Positions 21,887 to 31,577 of a stretch of 36,845 nt of DNA are shown piece by piece. Each line of letters opens with the position of its first letter. The first letter of the stretch is position 1. The notes beneath the pieces were generated by a model, which did not search any database, was not told the DNA's origin, and saw only the letters and a list, made by a program, of their open reading frames with translations. Both the position numbers and the translations under genes were made by a program. The stretch comes from Hydrolagus affinis (lineage: Eukaryota), in assembly GCA_012026655.1 (NCBI GenBank), contig JAAILG010005517.1:1-36845 (forward strand), written 5' to 3'.

Positions 21887-22512
21887 GATGCACTGTGTAA
21901 TTTCTCACTAAGTTCTGAGTAAATTCCCTTGTCCTCATTTAGCAGAGAAGAACCCGTATGAGCAGAATTGTTCTGTAGGTGGGTAACACATTGTCAGAAT
22001 TTTTCCCAGTGGTTCCCACTGCTGATGACAACACAGCCCGGCCTGGCTCATCGGCAGGACTTTTGCAGAGCAGATCAGAACGAATCTTCGAATCTTCACG
22101 ATTTCTCCGTTGCCTTTGTCCAGCTATATATTGACCTCCATTCTATTGCCCTGCTTCCTTGGAATCAATCAAGGAGATGTCCTTTACTTTAATGGTTGGA
22201 ACGCTTGCCTGTTAGGAACATGTGAGTTACGTTTCGAGCTGGGAGGACCATTGTGTGTTTTCATCATCCACAAACATGCCTCTGTTATACCAGCTGTAAG
22301 TGTTAACCCTAATGATTGTCGATTGACGAATCAACGTAGCACAAGCCAAAATACAGGAAGTGACATTTCAGTAAAGCCATCACTCAGAATATAGTTATAA
22401 CCTGCACAGCTAAAAGCATTCGACAAATATTCATAAACGCTTGTCAGGATGATTGGATGATTTCCTGTTGCATTCCCCTGACAGATTTTGACTTGACTCA
22501 GCGAGGATAAGA

Positions 22513-22959
22513 ATGAAGCCTTGTTTCACTGCAATACATATTATTCTTAGTTTAATGATTCTGATAATCTGTAAGTAAAGCTCCAGTTTGGACAAACACA
22601 TTCTTGTTTTCCTATTAGCTAAATTTTTGTTGCAGCTTTTTTCCAAGTTTCTTTGCTGGAATGTCCATGACTGTTCCCCCAGGTTTGTTGGCTGAAAACG
22701 AAGTGACACAGAGACCACTGTCCATTACAAAGAATGAAAATGTAAATACATCTATAGAGTGCACCATCACTGCGTCAATCCCAATCTTTCAATGTTACAA
22801 ACAGCATGGAAACGGCTCCATCCAATTACTAGTGTTGGGATGAAGAGAGATGAAGCAGAAGGTGAGGATAAATAATGCTTTGACTGTTGGAAGAAATAGC
22901 ACTTTATCGATCCGAGACGTGCGAGTGTCTGACTCCGCCACTTACTTCTGTGCGGAGAG
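22513..22959 (+). pseudogene. TRAV: TCR alpha/delta V segment V1 (family A), pseudogene
   Basis: Leader 22513-22570 (MKPCFTAIHIILSLMILII | GTAAGT). V exon 22683-22959 reads ENEVTQRP...IECT...FQCYKQHGNGSIQLLVLG*REMKQKVRIN...STLSIRDVRVSDSATYFCAE. In-frame TGA at 22841-22843; the conserved Trp is replaced by Cys. Confidence 0.9.
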
Positions 22960-22998
22960 CACAGTGATGTGGGTATAACAAGGATCTGTAAAAAAAAA
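22960..22998 (+). other. 23-RSS of V1
   Basis: CACAGTG + 23 bp + AAAAAAAAA (degenerate nonamer). Confidence 0.8.
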
Positions 22999-23004
22999 AC
23001 GTGC

Positions 23005-23340
23005 TGGGGTTCCTGCAGCTCAATGGTTAGAGAACCTGCGTTGCAAACTAGAGATCATGAGCTGGAATCGCCGCAGAGTGAAACACTCAGCATTCTGCCT
23101 TACTCCACACACATCTATTTACATTGAAATGTGGAGGAACCCGGTTTGTGATCGATTGACCGAATCGCTTTCCTGGGTNNNNNNNNNNNNNNNNNNNNNN
23201 NNNNNNNNNNNNNNNNNNNNNNNNNNNNNNNNNNNNNNNNNNNNNNNNNNNNNNNNNNNNNNNNNNNNNNNNNNNNNNACACTTGTGGGACGCAGATGTG
23301 CGGAATCGGCTGCCGCATTTAGCAGCAAATAACAATTTAA
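23005..23340 (+). mobile_element. tRNA-headed SINE spanning N-gap 23179-23278
   Basis: cctgcagctcaatggttagag...ccttactccacac...[N]...ttgtgggacgc...aatcggctgccgcattt. Confidence 0.7.
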
Positions 23341-23572
23341 AAGTTTTGTATGAAATTACCTTTAACTCTTCTATATTCCTGAGAAACTACAATTATAGCC
23401 CTAATCCAGGTTTCCTTGATCGAGTGATCACGAGTGTCCCTGTGTAAGATGCAGTTGTACAAGACGCTTCACACCAAAACAGAATATGACCCAGGAGGAG
23501 GAGGAGGAGGAGGGTTGAGGTGGTGTCCAACTCACTTCTGTGGGAGGAGCTTTGCCTGTGACTGGCAGTGAC

Positions 23573-23716
23573 TGCGTGGGCGGGGCCCCTTGTGGGCGAG
23601 GCTATGTTTGGTCGGGGATCCGTGTGCGCGGGTCTCTGTGTGGGCGGGGCTGTGTGTGGGCAGGGCTCTTTGTGGGCGATTCTATGTGTGGGCGGGGCTC
23701 TGTGTGGGCGGAGCAT
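23573..23716. repeat. Minisatellite, 9 x 16 bp, consensus TGTGTGGGCGGGGCTC
   Basis: Units start at 23573, 23589, 23605, 23621, 23637, 23653, 23669, 23685 and 23701. Confidence 0.9.
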
Positions 23717-23786
23717 TGACAATGTGTGCGTGTTTCGAAGTGGGCGGGGCAGTGAGTGAGTGTCTCTGCATTTCATCCACATTCAC

Positions 23787-23794
23787 TATATAAA
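23787..23794 (+). promoter_or_regulatory. TATA box of V2
   Basis: TATATAAA(CAG), 42 bp upstream of the leader ATG at 23836. Confidence 0.6.
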
Positions 23795-23835
23795 CAGCCA
23801 CATGTTGGAGAGTTAATGTCAGACACAGGATTAAA

Positions 23836-24702
23836 ATGCTCCTGTGGGCGAAGTGTGCTGTGCTTACAGTATCTCTCAGCTTACTTTCTCGTATGTAACC
23901 TTCTTATACCTTTACCATTTTCCCATAATATCTGCTAAAGGCTTCAGTAGAGCAAAACTAATAACAATATTAATGATAATTGGGATTCTCTAACGTGTTT
24001 CTTCACAAATTTGAGACGTCTCAACGCACTCCACATTATAATGTAAAGCGAATTGACAATGTATTCTCTGGGTGCATCGTGAGAGTCAATTTCGCTCAAC
24101 AGTGCCCCCAAAATTTTTAACGGATTCAATGACGAAATTATTATTATTTTTATTGGTTTACATATATGAATGATTAGCTCCAGAATAACAATCCACGAAT
24201 TGACTAACATTTGGATTTCTATTTCCTAGTAGTCTCACAAAGCCATGCGGAGTAAAGAATTTTAGCTGAGGTATTGCACTGCTCAGGAATCGAATCTGGC
24301 TCTACTCTCTTATGTGGCTAGTTTTGTAACCATCGAGCAGCAGGATCCCTATGTAATTCAATCTTGATTCTCAAAAACCTTGTTGATTTCAATCACAGGA
24401 AGCAGCTTGCAGGAAATGGGGAAACAATCGATGACTGAAAGATCGATTCTAGAGGCACAAGATGTGAAATTGTCCTGCAGCTTCAAGAAAATCATTAATG
24501 CGTATGCTCTCTTCTGGTACAGACAAGCTTCCAGCCACGCTCCTGTGTATCTATTGCGGGGAACAGCGACTAACGTTCAAAGGAACCCCGACTTCCCAGC
24601 TCGATTTTCCTCCACTGTCAATAAATCGAGTGAAGATTTCGTACTGAGGATTGGCACAGTCCTGATCAGGGACATTCCTGTGTATTACTGTGCCATGGAG
24701 CC
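23836..24702 (+). CDS. TRAV: TCR alpha/delta V segment V2 (family B), open reading frame
   Basis: Leader 23836-23890 (MLLWAKCAVLTVSLSLLS | GTATGT). V exon 24399-24702 reads SSLQEMGKQ...VKLSCSF...LFWYRQ...PARFSS...DIPVYYCAME with no stops. Confidence 0.88.
24240..24350 (-). mobile_element. SINE head in the V2 leader intron
   Basis: Reverse complement reads gggatcctgctgctcgatggttac...gattcgattcctgagc...tctttactccgc. Confidence 0.55.
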
Positions 24703-24741
24703 CACACTGCTGCTGTGCTATGGGGGCTCTGTACAAAAACA
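24703..24741 (+). other. 23-RSS of V2
   Basis: CACACTG + 23 bp + ACAAAAACA. Confidence 0.92.
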
Positions 24742-24824
24742 TCAACTGGTTATTTAGCTGCTAAACGGCGAGGGGGCATCATTGCTTCAAGAAAAAATAA
24801 GCAGCGTTTATACATGTTTGAATA

Positions 24825-25140
24825 CAAGAATATAAGAATAAGAAGCAGGAATAGGCCATTCGACCACACGAGCCCGTTCCGCCATTCAAAGGGTTATAGC
24901 TGGTCTTCAAATCTTACTCCAGTTGCTACTACCTTATCCCCATGTCGCTGAATCCATGTATGTATTAATAAATCTACAAATTTCAGTCTCGAATATGCGC
25001 AAGCACTAAGCATCTACAGCTATTTTTCGTGGAAGTGGTCAAGTATTCCATAAATTCACTACCGTGTGAGTAAAGAAGAGTTTCCTCATCTCTGTGCGAA
25101 AATGCTGACCCCTAATCTTAAACCACTGACCCCCTAGTTA
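24825..25140 (-). mobile_element. CR1 LINE 3' fragment
   Basis: agaatataagaataagaagcaggaataggccattcg...ttcctcatctctg, paralogous to 2605-2900. Confidence 0.8.
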
Positions 25141-26074
25141 CCGCAGCAATAAATAGGAAACTTATTGTATTTGGATTGCTGAATCGCTTTTCTGGGCGTA
25201 ACAATTAGTTCAAAAATAATAAAAAAAATAAGAACAAAGGGGAATTTCATCCAATTATACTGTTTGTGGTAGACTGGTGTGAGCAAGTATCTTGCAGATT
25301 TCGCCCTCAAGATATATGGGAAACTCACTCTAGAATATATCCAGTGAAGCGCTTCGAGTCCCGAAGAAGACATGATACGGCAGAAAATCAGATGCACTTA
25401 TTCCGATTGTCACGATCTTTATCGAAAATTTAGTCTTTGTATGTGGATATTTCTACAGAGTCTCTTTCACTCAATGTTTCAGGAATCCTTTCTCTAATAC
25501 AGATGACAGATAGTCAGAAAAATGCTAATCTGTGTACACAGAGTTAAGGTTAATTTAACTTAAAGGTGAGTGTCGTTCATTGACGTAGTCAGTCTTGCTC
25601 TATTTACAGTGCATTTGCCTCTGAGTCAGATGATAGTGGGTTCAAACACTAATTCTTGAATTGGAACTCATAGCATTTAATGTAATCCCCCAAAAGTATT
25701 CCCAATAACGAGCATAATTATTTGGATATGCCTCTCGTCTGGTACGACATCATCAAACAACAACAACTTTGCGTTTATAGAGCGATTTTCATGTCGCGCA
25801 GGACGTCCCAAGGAGATACTTCAAACAGAGGCGGTTTCTGTCCATCATGTGGTTGGTAAACATCTAATGTCACTTTCACAGAAGAGAAGATGAAACAGAT
25901 AAAACTGTTCATTTAAATTTATTCGTCTCGGTTTCTGGGAAAATGTTGTGAACTGCAAAAAAATAAACATTTTTATTAAAAACAAAAAGTCCTAAATCAA
26001 TATTAGACCTAAAGTGACATTTCATTTAAACAGGACATTTCTGTTGATTCAAATGAATACCTTTATAACATGAA

Positions 26075-26162
26075 ACAAAACTACATTGGTACCGTTATTT
26101 TCACGTCAGGTGTTCTCCTGAGTTCTCCTGACGTGAAAGTAACGGTACCAATGTAGTTTTGT
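26075..26162. repeat. Near-perfect inverted repeat (36-bp arms, 1 mismatch, 16-bp loop)
   Basis: ACAAAACTACATTGGTACCGTTATTTTCACGTCAGG (26075-26110) pairs with CCTGACGTGAAAGTAACGGTACCAATGTAGTTTTGT (26127-26162). Confidence 0.95.
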
Positions 26163-26249
26163 CCCAATTTGCTGAACATTCTGGTATTTGGGCAAGAGCT
26201 GATGGTCACATTGGGGAGGAAGGAGGGCTGTGAGAACATTTTGGTTAAC

Positions 26250-26340
26250 AATGGTCCAGTCGAAGAGGAAGGTTTTGAGACGTGCTTTCAACGTGGCAAG
26301 TGGATGAGGCAAGGAGAGGAGGCAAGGGGAGGCGGAGTTA
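26250..26340 (-). mobile_element. L2 ORF2 C-terminal fragment
   Basis: Minus-strand LKARLKTFLFD, matching the L2 terminal motif also seen near 20480. Confidence 0.55.
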
Positions 26341-26531
26341 CTCTAAACACAATGGAAAGTGATAGGAGGATTTGTAAATGTCACCAACAATGAACACAGA
26401 CAAGGTAACGACGCATGTCTAATTATCGACTCCTCGAATGAACACATATTTATAATCGAGGCACTGACTTGTAGCTGATTGGTCGTTGCATTTCGAACAA
26501 TCGCTTAATCTTGAGTCGACGCCTGTTGAGA

Positions 26532-26990
26532 ATGATGCAGCATTTCACTGCAATATACGCTGTTATTAATTTCTTTGTATTATTTTTGTGTAAGTGCGTT
26601 ATGTGTTTGAAAAAAACAGCACTTTCACGTTCCACTGCTGATTATGTAGAAATTAGCTTTACCGATATCATTCGAATTTCATTCAAAGATTGTTCATTTC
26701 TATTCCCCAGGTGTCTTAGCTGAACGTGATGTGTCACAGAATCCTCAGGCGCTGACAGAGAATGCAAATGGAAATGTGTCTATGGAGTGCAGAACCACTG
26801 GATACGTCGAATACTTTCATTGGTACAAACAGTATGGAAATGGTTCCATCCAGTACTTGGTGATGGGAACCAGAGAGATGAAGGAAGGGCCGAGGATAAG
26901 TGCCTTGGCTGACACAAACGAGAAAAACAGCACACTATCAATCAAAGACGTGCGAGTGACAGACACCGCCATTTACTTCTGTGAAACAAG
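26532..26990 (+). CDS. TRAV: TCR alpha/delta V segment V3 (family A), open reading frame
   Basis: Leader 26532-26589 (MMQHFTAIYAVINFFVLFL | GTAAGT). V exon 26711-26990 reads VLAERDVSQNPQ...MECRTTGYVEYFHWYKQYGNGSIQYL...STLSIKDVRVTDTAIYFCET. Confidence 0.92.
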
Positions 26991-27029
26991 CACAGTGCTC
27001 CGTGTCTCAGAGGAGCCTGTACAAAAGCA
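26991..27029 (+). other. 23-RSS of V3
   Basis: CACAGTG + 23 bp + ACAAAAGCA. Confidence 0.93.
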
Positions 27030-28156
27030 GAATGAGGACCCAGTAGATATTTGTGTAAATAACTCATCTCGCAAACAAGTAGAGCTGGATTTCGATTCTT
27101 GGATATTGTGCGATTTTCCTTATTCCACATGCCTCTGCTAATAGTAGTAGTTTGTAGGTATCTGTTTCGCCGTTGATCGAGGGATCACTAACCTGAGGGT
27201 CATAATGCCTTTTAAAAAATACAAACGTTCACTTCAATTCACGACTGTTTGTAAGACGCTGATCTGCTGCAATTTGCCCAACATTTCAGTTAATTTCAGT
27301 TCACAGCAGAACTCTGAATAATGAATCAGGCAAAATTAAAATTACAAGGTTTATTATTACACTAATGCAGAGCATTATGTAGGAAACCGGCTGCTAGTCG
27401 ACTGGCCGATAGCCTTTCCTGGGTCAACACTCCAATAACAAAATGGATGACTTTCCATTACGTTTTGCTAGACAAGGCTGTGTGAATTTGGCTACCGTGT
27501 ATTTTATTCAGAAGATATATGAACGCTACCAATGGCAGTTCTTCTTGTGAAGAGATTAGAGATGTTTTGAAGATGCGACAAGATGCTACATCAAACACAA
27601 TAATATTTCTTGGCACTCCAATTTTGATTCTTACACTCGCAAGCATGAGACGTGTTCTTCACATGTTTACATTCTGGTTAGTAAAATACACAATGTCATT
27701 CAGCGAAACAAAACAAATTTTGGCGAATAATTATGCTAAAAGATAGTTGTGTTTTGTACACAAACGGCTGTAACCCAGAAGCCTGGAGAAGAAATGGGGC
27801 ACGAAGGAAAACTTCAGGTAACTAGGGCAGAGACATCAGAGAAATTGGTGATGTAACGTGTCTCCTGCCCATTGGCTCTGAACCCTCTCATTGACCTGTT
27901 TCAGCTCTTTACCATAGTGATGGAAGAGAACCAATGGGGGAGCGAGTTGGCAGAACTGAGTGAGTGATGCAAACTGGCAGTGACATAAGTGTTGTGAATA
28001 ACTTTCAGACCTGCTCATTCGCAGCCTGTGGCAAATTCTCCATGTCACATATTGTTCTGCCCTCCACACTGCAGCTAACTGCCTCCCAGCCAGCGGTTTG
28101 GAACTCCACCATCAACGCTACCTCAACACCACATGCCACTAAACACACATATCACA

Positions 28157-28992
28157 ATGTATATTTACCTGGCAGCAGGCATCGTAATCTTCGTTGGTAA
28201 GCCGCAAATTCATATCATATATTCATGCACATATTACCCAATGTGTATTTTTTCTTATTGCATGAATTATCCAATAAATTGCAGGGCTTGAAAAGCGGTA
28301 GCGTCCTGTAGCTCAGTGAGTAGGGAGGGAGAATCTCCAGGTAAGTTTACTTGCGCCACAAACAAGTCCATGTTTCAGTAAGCTTAAATAGGAACCCTAC
28401 TGTAGGTAAACTTACTGATCGCGTCTCTGAAGCATGTAATTTCAAAAAGTTAGTCGTATATAAATCACTCAATTAACTAGTTTTTTTTTTTGACTGATAT
28501 GCGCAATTGGTTCTGATGTTTTGCCCAGAAAATTTGCTTAATTAATATTTCGTGAAGCCATTTGAGGTGTCGCCGATACGGGCTACATCGCTGTATGGAA
28601 TGTAAGGATTACTAATATCAATATTGTTTTTATTATTATCATTCCTATTTATATTATTATTACTGATTTATTTAATTTCTAGGATTTTGTGATGGAGACG
28701 CTGTGACACAGCTCCAATCCAATGTGACAGCAGATCAAGGGGAAGATGCAATAATGCAGTGCAATTATACAGCAGCAATGGACACCAATATATATCTGTT
28801 CTGGTACCGTCACTGTCCCAACTCAGCTCCAGAATATATCCTAAGCACATCCGTCAGGAACAATCCACAATACACAGACTTTGCCAAAGGACATTTCTCA
28901 GCAACAGTGGATAAAGTGGGGAGAACCGTCCCATTAAATATATCCCAAGTGAGAGTCACAGACACGGCGGTGTATTAATGTGCACTGAGCCC
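28157..28992 (+). pseudogene. TRAV: TCR alpha/delta V segment V4 (family C), pseudogene by a single nonsense change
   Basis: Leader 28157-28196 (MYIYLAAGIVIFV | GTAAGC). V exon from 28683 reads FCDGDAVTQ...MQCNY...LFWYRH...TVPLNISQVRVTDTAVY*CALS. TAA at 28976-28978 replaces a Tyr codon. Confidence 0.92.
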
Positions 28993-29031
28993 CACAGAGA
29001 CACAGATCAACGTTACCGCCCTACAAAAACT
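28993..29031 (+). other. 23-RSS of V4
   Basis: CACAGAG + 23 bp + ACAAAAACT. Confidence 0.9.
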
Positions 29032-29032
29032 A

Positions 29033-29385
29033 CCATGTGGAGCTCAGTGGTTACAGACTCGCCTCACAGGCAAGATACAAGGGTTTGAATTCACGGCTGA
29101 GCGAAATGTGGGTCAAGTTTTCTTACCCCATGCATATGTAGCTGTTTACATGGCAGTAAGTCGGAACTTTGTTGTTAGCGGATTAGGGATTCGCTATTCC
29201 GGGCGTAATAATTCCTTCAGAATATTGATGATATTAATAAATTGGTCATTCATTCCAATGGATCTCTGATGTGCAAACTTGGCTTTCGCGTTTCTCCCAC
29301 GCAAAAAGAAGTCAAAGCGTTTATATTACATTCTGTAAAGCGCTATGTTGCACCTCTAATATATGATATGGTGATATATCACAGC
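29033..29385 (+). mobile_element. tRNA-headed SINE, near full length
   Basis: agctcagtggttac...gggtttgaattc...caagttttcttacccc...gtaaagcgct tail. Confidence 0.7.
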
Positions 29386-29636
29386 CAAATATATATCAAA
29401 GGAATATTGATTTTTAAAAATTAAATACGGTATTGTCACAGAGATAGCCTCAACGTTCTTGCCTTGTGGGGAGACGTTTACCATATATAAATGTTTTTCT
29501 GTGCTGTTCTAGTCGATTGTTGAACATTTTAAAAAGTAAATAAATCAATAGCTTGCGTTTATACAGCGCCATTCATAAAGGGATTGTTGAGCGTGGCTCG
29601 AAACCATTTCCTATGAAATGTCTCCAGTTGTGCACG

Positions 29637-29669
29637 TTCTGTACCTGCAATCCACCGGCAGATGGCGCA
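29637..29669 (+). promoter_or_regulatory. Predicted CTCF site 3 (upstream motif + core)
   Basis: TTCTGTACC-6 bp-CCA-CCGGCAGATGGCGCA. The core matches the consensus fully. Confidence 0.65.
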
Positions 29670-30618
29670 CTAAGCACATACAGTATCTAACATGAGCAGC
29701 AACTTGCCTGGTTCCTTTGTGTAACTAACTTACTTGTCAGCTATTGCAGGTGCTTCCTGTTACAGTTGGTGTTGGAGCTTCATACACACTATGGCCTCCG
29801 CAGCTGAAAAGTGCTAATGTTTGTTTGCCTAAATATGTTATTGTTGTTCCAGAATCAATTGGCGTATCACGTTTTCTATCTTATCGTCTTACCCCCAATA
29901 TAATCAACCTCTATTGAGTAATTTTCACTCTGGTCTTCAACATGTTAGGTTTTCTCAATGGATATATGGGCATTTTCTTTGGTAAATTGGGGGAAGGAGA
30001 ATACAATTTTTCAGTTTAATTTTAAATTGCACAATTAAAGCTATTCTTAATTTGGGCCATCCTGCCTTGGATTCAGTTCCAAACAGGACTGCAAAGCGAT
30101 AAAAGTTATAAGAGTTCCAGCCTTGTACAACATGCCTTCAAGCAGGAGTTGCAAATAAAGCGTTCATTATGAATAATTAAAAAATATATGTCTGCACTTT
30201 GAAGACAAATACAATCGGCAATTTGACTCACCCAGAAATATTCACGAATTGTGGCTCCATCTAAGTTTTCTTGATAATATACCCTTGACGCAGTCATGAA
30301 TTAGAATTTCAGTCCAGACCATCATCTCAATGTAAAGTCTTGAACCTTGAACCAAAAGCCTCCCGACTCATTAGGTGCACTACCAGCAACACAGGCAGTT
30401 TGTCAACTTGATTACAGGAAGTAAATCTTTGTTTGTGCACGAAACATACCCCTATTCCTTCCATTCTAGAGCTGATCACTTGTAGCCAATCATCAGCTGA
30501 TTAAGGCGAAGATACATTGGTTATTGTGGAACGCCTACAATATTCTTGAATAACCCACTGCCTGCACACATCACATAAGCCGCTGCCTCACTACTTGTAT
30601 CTGAAGCAGCCGAACAGA

Positions 30619-30626
30619 TATATAAA
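30619..30626 (+). promoter_or_regulatory. TATA box of V5
   Basis: TATATAAA(CAG), 43 bp upstream of the leader ATG at 30669. An ETS-like ACAGGAAGT (about 30415) and CCAAT/CAGCTG (about 30486-30499) lie further upstream. Confidence 0.6.
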
Positions 30627-30668
30627 CAGGAAGAGATTCCACTATCTGCCCTCACCTCAGCAGCCAGC

Positions 30669-31538
30669 ATGACAGGTCAATGTCATTTACTGATAGCAAT
30701 CCTCACCATAGCCAGTAAGTAAGTGTGGACATGCCCAGTGCATGTGATTTGGTATTACAAGATGTGAAAAGCGCTATATCACATGCCCGTATCATTATTA
30801 TATAATATTCGGTAGTGTAGCAATTAGAGCACTCCAATGAAAAAGAAAATACCTCAGCGTAACTCACGGCAGGGCTAATTGTTGGACAATTTGCTCTACA
30901 CCAACACACGACTTTGTGAGTCTACCAGTAATTAGGAACTGTATTCAACTTCCAGCTCGAGTCTTCTCTCCAAAAATTATTGAAATACCAATATTTTGAG
31001 CGCTCACTCTCGAACTGTTTATTGAACACTGTTGTGCACAAATAGCTGTGAGGTTCGTCTGAAAAGGCGATTGGAGGCAATTCATTTGATATTATATTCA
31101 TTGGGTATTTTGTATATATTTTTGTAACGTCTCATTATTGTGAAAATTCGAGCACAAACACTCGATATTAGTTGGTATTATTCGAATTGCACATTAATCT
31201 TTGCCTTACCTACTGAAAAACAAGTTGTTTTTTTATTGCAGAAGTTATGGGGAAAGATGTAATATACCAATATCCTCCTGAGATAAGGGAGTTTGAAGGA
31301 AAAGACGTGAGAATAAACTGCAATTATTCCGCAATCTATGCTGCCTTCTGGTACAGGCAATATCCAGATGGAGGTCTTCAGTACTTGCTGAAGATTTATA
31401 ACTCGGGAAAGGTAGACAAAGCTCCTGATATTCCGTCCGCTTCACTGCCAAGCTGGACAAGGAGAATAATGTATTTAACTTGCAAATACTCAGGGCTGAT
31501 GTGGGTGACGGCGACATGTATTACTGTGCACTGGAGCC
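30669..31538 (+). pseudogene. TRAV: TCR alpha/delta V segment V5 (family D), frameshifted pseudogene
   Basis: Leader 30669-30714 (MTGQCHLLIAILTIA | GTAAGT). V exon 31242-31538 reads VMGKDVIYQYP...INCNYS...FWYRQYPDGGLQYLL...PDIP, then a 1-nt frameshift near 31433-31440, then RFTAKLDKENNVFNLQILRADVGDGDMYYCALE. Confidence 0.9.
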
Positions 31539-31577
31539 CACATTGTGACAGGAGGACAGATACACTGTACAAAAACT
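31539..31577 (+). other. 23-RSS of V5
   Basis: CACATTG + 23 bp + ACAAAAACT. Confidence 0.9.

Noticed and set aside
23573-23716. Regular repeat array as a CRISPR candidate
   Set aside because: Head-to-tail 16-bp units without unique spacers, in a vertebrate context with no cas genes.
26762-26769. Octamer ATGCAAAT
   Set aside because: Lies inside the V3 coding exon, not in a promoter; coincidental.
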